Of a stretch of DNA of 46,922 nt, positions 44,140 to 46,922 are shown piece by piece. Each line of letters begins with the position of its first letter. Within the stretch, counting starts at the first letter, position 1. A program made the translations under genes and the position numbers. Origin of the DNA: Casimicrobiaceae bacterium (GTDB lineage: Bacteria > Pseudomonadota > Gammaproteobacteria > Burkholderiales > Casimicrobiaceae); the NCBI GenBank assembly GCA_036559685.1, contig DATBSV010000348.1, forward strand, positions 1-46,922, written 5' to 3'. The notes under the pieces are model-generated. The model did not search any database, was not told the DNA's origin, and saw nothing but the letters and a program-made list of their open reading frames with translations.

Positions 44140-45974
44140 CCGCGGTTGCGCTCGATGTCCGCGGCGAGGCGTTTCGCCACCTCGGCGCCGAGGGTGCGCG
44201 CGCCTTGCACGTTCACGTGCGCGTCGTCGTAGTACATCGCGGAGGTCTGCGGGATGAACGTATCGACGTCGTAGCACCACAGCGAGCGCTCGGCGCAGAG
44301 CGCCAGCATCGCGGCGTTGTAGCGCCCGAGGATCTCGCGCATGACGCGCACGCTGAAGTAGCGCTTCGGCGGCGGCTCGTTGAAGAAGCTCTCGTCGACC
44401 GAGCCGAACCACAATAGCTTGTCGTCGCCGGGCGCGATGTCGTCGCGGTACAGCGAGCCCTGCGTGAGCAGCACCAGCCGCACCTTGCGCGCTTCGGCCC
44501 AGTCGGCGATGCGGCGCAGGTTCGCGGTGTACGCGCGGAGGCATTCGTCGATCGCCGGTGCGGCATCGACCTTCTCGGCCGCCTGTCGGCGCTGTCGCAA
44601 CACGTGGTAGTGGCTCGCCGCGTTGTCCTGCACGACGAACGCGCGCTCGGGCACGCGCGCCGCGGAGGGCGAGAGGCGCTCGCGCACGCGGTCGACGAGC
44701 GCCTCCAGGCGCCACGACGCTGAAGCCGGCGGCGGCCGGATCTCGTGGAAGACGAACCGCCCGTAGGCCGGCGGATAGTCGGCGTGGCGAAAGCGCAGCG
44801 CGGTGTCGATCACGTCCTGCCGGCCGCCCGAGATGCACAGGCTCATGTCGTTGAACCCGGACTGCATGATCACGAGCGACGGTGCGATTTCGTCCTCGTA
44901 AGCGAGTAGCTCGCTCACGTGGCTGAACGTCGTCAGCCCCGACTTGCCCGCGTTGCCGAGCCAGACGTCGCGACCGTACTTGGAGCGAAGCTCGTGCTCG
45001 AGCACGGCGGTCCACGCATCGGGTTCGTCGAGGAACAGCGACTCGGTGCTGCTGCCCCCGACCGCGATCCAGCGTGGCGTGCCTGGCGGTGGCATCGCGC
45101 GCCCGCGCAGGCCGATCGCGTTGGTCGTGAAGTGTGTCTCGGCCATGTCGATGCCCAGCATCACGCCGCGCTCGGGACGGAACGTCGCGGTGTGGCTCGG
45201 CGGATGCAGGATGTGCCGGACCATTCCGGGCGCTGGCGTCGTCAGGCGCAGCGCAACTTCCGCGAAGCCGACGGCGATGAGGCACGCGACGCCGAAGAGC
45301 GCGAGCTCGACGCGCCGGCGCCGCCACGCGAGCGCGGCGACCGCGACGGCGAGGACGAAGGCGCCGAGCGCCGGCACGAGCCAGCGCGAGGGCGCGTCGG
45401 TCCAGGCGCCGAGACGGATCGCGTCCTCGCGCAGGTAGCGATCCCAGACGATCGGCGGCAGATCGCGCTTCGACTCGAGCAGCGCCTGGCGCGCGAGGTC
45501 GGGATGGCGCCCGCGCGCGTACGCGGTCACGCGCAGTTGTTCCATGACCGCGCGACGAACCGGATCGACGTCGCCGAGCCGCGCGTGGTCGGCGGCGCGC
45601 CGGGTCACTTCGTCGTAGCGGTCGAGATCGAGCATCGTCTGCGCGGCGCGCAACGACGCCAGCGACGCCGACGCGACGTCGCGGTGGGACTGGTAGAGGC
45701 GGGTGAGCGCGTCGTATTGCGCGATCGCCGCGGGACGGTCGCCGAGCGCGAGCAGCACGTCGGCCAGCTTCCTCCGCACGAGCCCTTCGGTCGCCGGGTC
45801 GGCACCGGTCGCGGCGATCGCCGCGGCGTGCTCGTACGCCTGGCGTGCGGTGACGCGATCCCACGCCGCGAGCGCGGCGTCGCCGCGCGCCTGCCACGCC
45901 TGGGCCGTGTCCTGGGCGTGCGCCAGTCCGGCGATCAGCGCGAGCGCGAGGATGACGGCGGATCGCCCTCGCAT
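44133..45974 (-). CDS. SGNH/GDSL hydrolase-family membrane protein with N-terminal TPR-like helices
   Basis: From ATG 45974. Signal peptide, helical repeats and two TMs, then SGNH blocks VGGSST, NAGKSG, GFND and DDAH. Confidence 0.82.
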   Translation of the reverse strand: MRGRSAVILALALIAGLAHAQDTAQAWQARGDAALAAWDRVTARQAYEHAAAIAATGADPATEGLVRRKLADVLLALGDRPAAIAQYDALTRLYQSHRDVASASLASLRAAQTMLDLDRYDEVTRRAADHARLGDVDPVRRAVMEQLRVTAYARGRHPDLARQALLESKRDLPPIVWDRYLREDAIRLGAWTDAPSRWLVPALGAFVLAVAVAALAWRRRRVELALFGVACLIAVGFAEVALRLTTPAPGMVRHILHPPSHTATFRPERGVMLGIDMAETHFTTNAIGLRGRAMPPPGTPRWIAVGGSSTESLFLDEPDAWTAVLEHELRSKYGRDVWLGNAGKSGLTTFSHVSELLAYEDEIAPSLVIMQSGFNDMSLCISGGRQDVIDTALRFRHADYPPAYGRFVFHEIRPPPASASWRLEALVDRVRERLSPSAARVPERAFVVQDNAASHYHVLRQRRQAAEKVDAAPAIDECLRAYTANLRRIADWAEARKVRLVLLTQGSLYRDDIAPGDDKLLWFGSVDESFFNEPPPKRYFSVRVMREILGRYNAAMLALCAERSLWCYDVDTFIPQTSAMYYDDAHVNVQGARTLGAEVAKRLAADIERNRGY

Positions 45975-46922
45975 CAATCGAGCTCGAACGCGTGCTTGTA
46001 GTCGAGCTTGAGCGCGGGATTCTGCGCACCCTTGTCGAGAATGCAATCGCCGATGACGAGCGTCTCGATCTCGGTGCCCATGAAGCAGCGGAACGCGTCC
46101 TCGGGCGTCCCGACGATCGGTTCGCCGCGGACGTTGAAGCTCGTGTTGACGAGGACCGGACAGCCGGTGCGCTGCTTGAAGCGCTCGATGAGCGCGTGGA
46201 AGCGCGGATGGGTGTCGCGGTGCACGGTCTGGACGCGCGCCGAATAGTCGACGTGCGTGACCGCCGGAATGTCGGAGCGCGGCACGTTGAGCCTGTCGAT
46301 GCCGAACAGGGCTTCCTCGTCGGCAGTCATCGCGCGGCGCCGCTCGGGACGCACGCCCGCGACGAGCAGCATGTACGGCGAGTCGACGTCGAGCTCGAAC
46401 CAGTCGGCGAGGTCCTCGCGCAGGATCGCCGGCGCGAACGGACGGAACGACTCGCGGTACTTGACCTTGAGGTTCAGGAGCTTCTGCATCGTCGGGGAGC
46501 GCGGATCGCCGAGGATCGAGCGGCCGCCGAGCGCGCGCGGCCCGAACTCCATGCGTCCCTGGAACCATCCGACCGCCTTGCCGGCGACGAGCGCGTCGAC
46601 CGCCTCGTCGAGCGCTGCATCGCCCGGCGCGACGCGAAACCGCGCACCGGCGGCGCGAAGGCGCTGCACGATCTCGTCCTGCGGGTACGCGGGCCCGAGG
46701 AAGGCGCCCTGCATGCCGTCGGCGCCGTCGTGCGTGCGCCGCGGCTGGTCGCGAAGCAGGTGATAGGCGCACAGCGCCGCCCCGATCGATCCGCCCGCGT
46801 CGCCGGCGGCCGGCTGGATCCACAGCTTCTCGAAGCTGCCGTCGCGCAGCACCTTGCCGTTGGCGACGCAGTTGAGCGCGACGCCGCCGGCGAGGCACAG
46901 GTTGCGTTCGCCGGTCTCCTTC
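45974..46922 (-). CDS. Carbamoyltransferase (NodU/CmcH family), 5'-partial
   Basis: The frame is open to the window end: NLCLAGGVALNCVANG, QPAAGDAG, GRMEFGPRALG.RSIL, RESFRPFAP, THVDYSARVQT and NTSFNVRGEP. Confidence 0.94.
   Translation of the reverse strand, partial: KETGERNLCLAGGVALNCVANGKVLRDGSFEKLWIQPAAGDAGGSIGAALCAYHLLRDQPRRTHDGADGMQGAFLGPAYPQDEIVQRLRAAGARFRVAPGDAALDEAVDALVAGKAVGWFQGRMEFGPRALGGRSILGDPRSPTMQKLLNLKVKYRESFRPFAPAILREDLADWFELDVDSPYMLLVAGVRPERRRAMTADEEALFGIDRLNVPRSDIPAVTHVDYSARVQTVHRDTHPRFHALIERFKQRTGCPVLVNTSFNVRGEPIVGTPEDAFRCFMGTEIETLVIGDCILDKGAQNPALKLDYKHAFELD

Noticed and set aside
41974-46029. 1351-aa minus-strand ORF
   Set aside because: Low-complexity Arg/Ala-rich shadow frame over the well-supported PQQ and SGNH genes, typical of high-GC DNA.
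46491-46500. GTCGGGGAGC matching the tRNA-Asn 3' end (possible attR)
   Set aside because: Only 10 bp, inside the carbamoyltransferase CDS, and no integrase is present; chance is likely.
1-46922. CRISPR arrays, IS elements, prophage genes, rRNA
   Set aside because: No regularly spaced repeats, transposase, integrase or phage motifs, or rRNA signatures were recognised by eye.

Overview
A very GC-rich bacterial chromosomal window, probably betaproteobacterial (inferred from gene content and TTGAC-N4-GTCAA FNR boxes). It has five blocks. (1) 1-2335: a stand-alone PqqD/RRE protein, a 98-aa peptide with a Tat-like leader, a ~10-aa core and a C-terminal IPTL-CTERM-like sorting signal, and the 5' end of a GT2 glycosyltransferase; a SAM methyltransferase and a second GT2 lie divergently. 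This is the best candidate for an undescribed system (an RRE-guided, glycosylated, surface-anchored peptide), but the window edge truncates it. (2) pgsA, tRNA-Asn(GTT) and a more AT-rich orphan beta-propeller gene. (3) A NUDIX-SDR-tctBAC-MmgE/PrpD operon and a TAXI protein. (4) A ~30 kb low-oxygen block marked by seven FNR boxes. It holds a tandem PAS kinase with response regulators, hemerythrin, Fnr, a membrane Fe-S oxidoreductase, dctPQM, Wolinella-type frdCAB, a 32-codon scar of a deleted pyruvate:ferredoxin oxidoreductase operon, malic enzyme, a USP, two cNMP-binding proteins and a complete atypical nuoA-N operon. (5) A cytochrome c-PQQ dehydrogenase, an SGNH protein and a partial carbamoyltransferase. 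No CRISPR array, rRNA, integrase or transposase was recognised. All calls come from reading motifs by eye; no searches were run.
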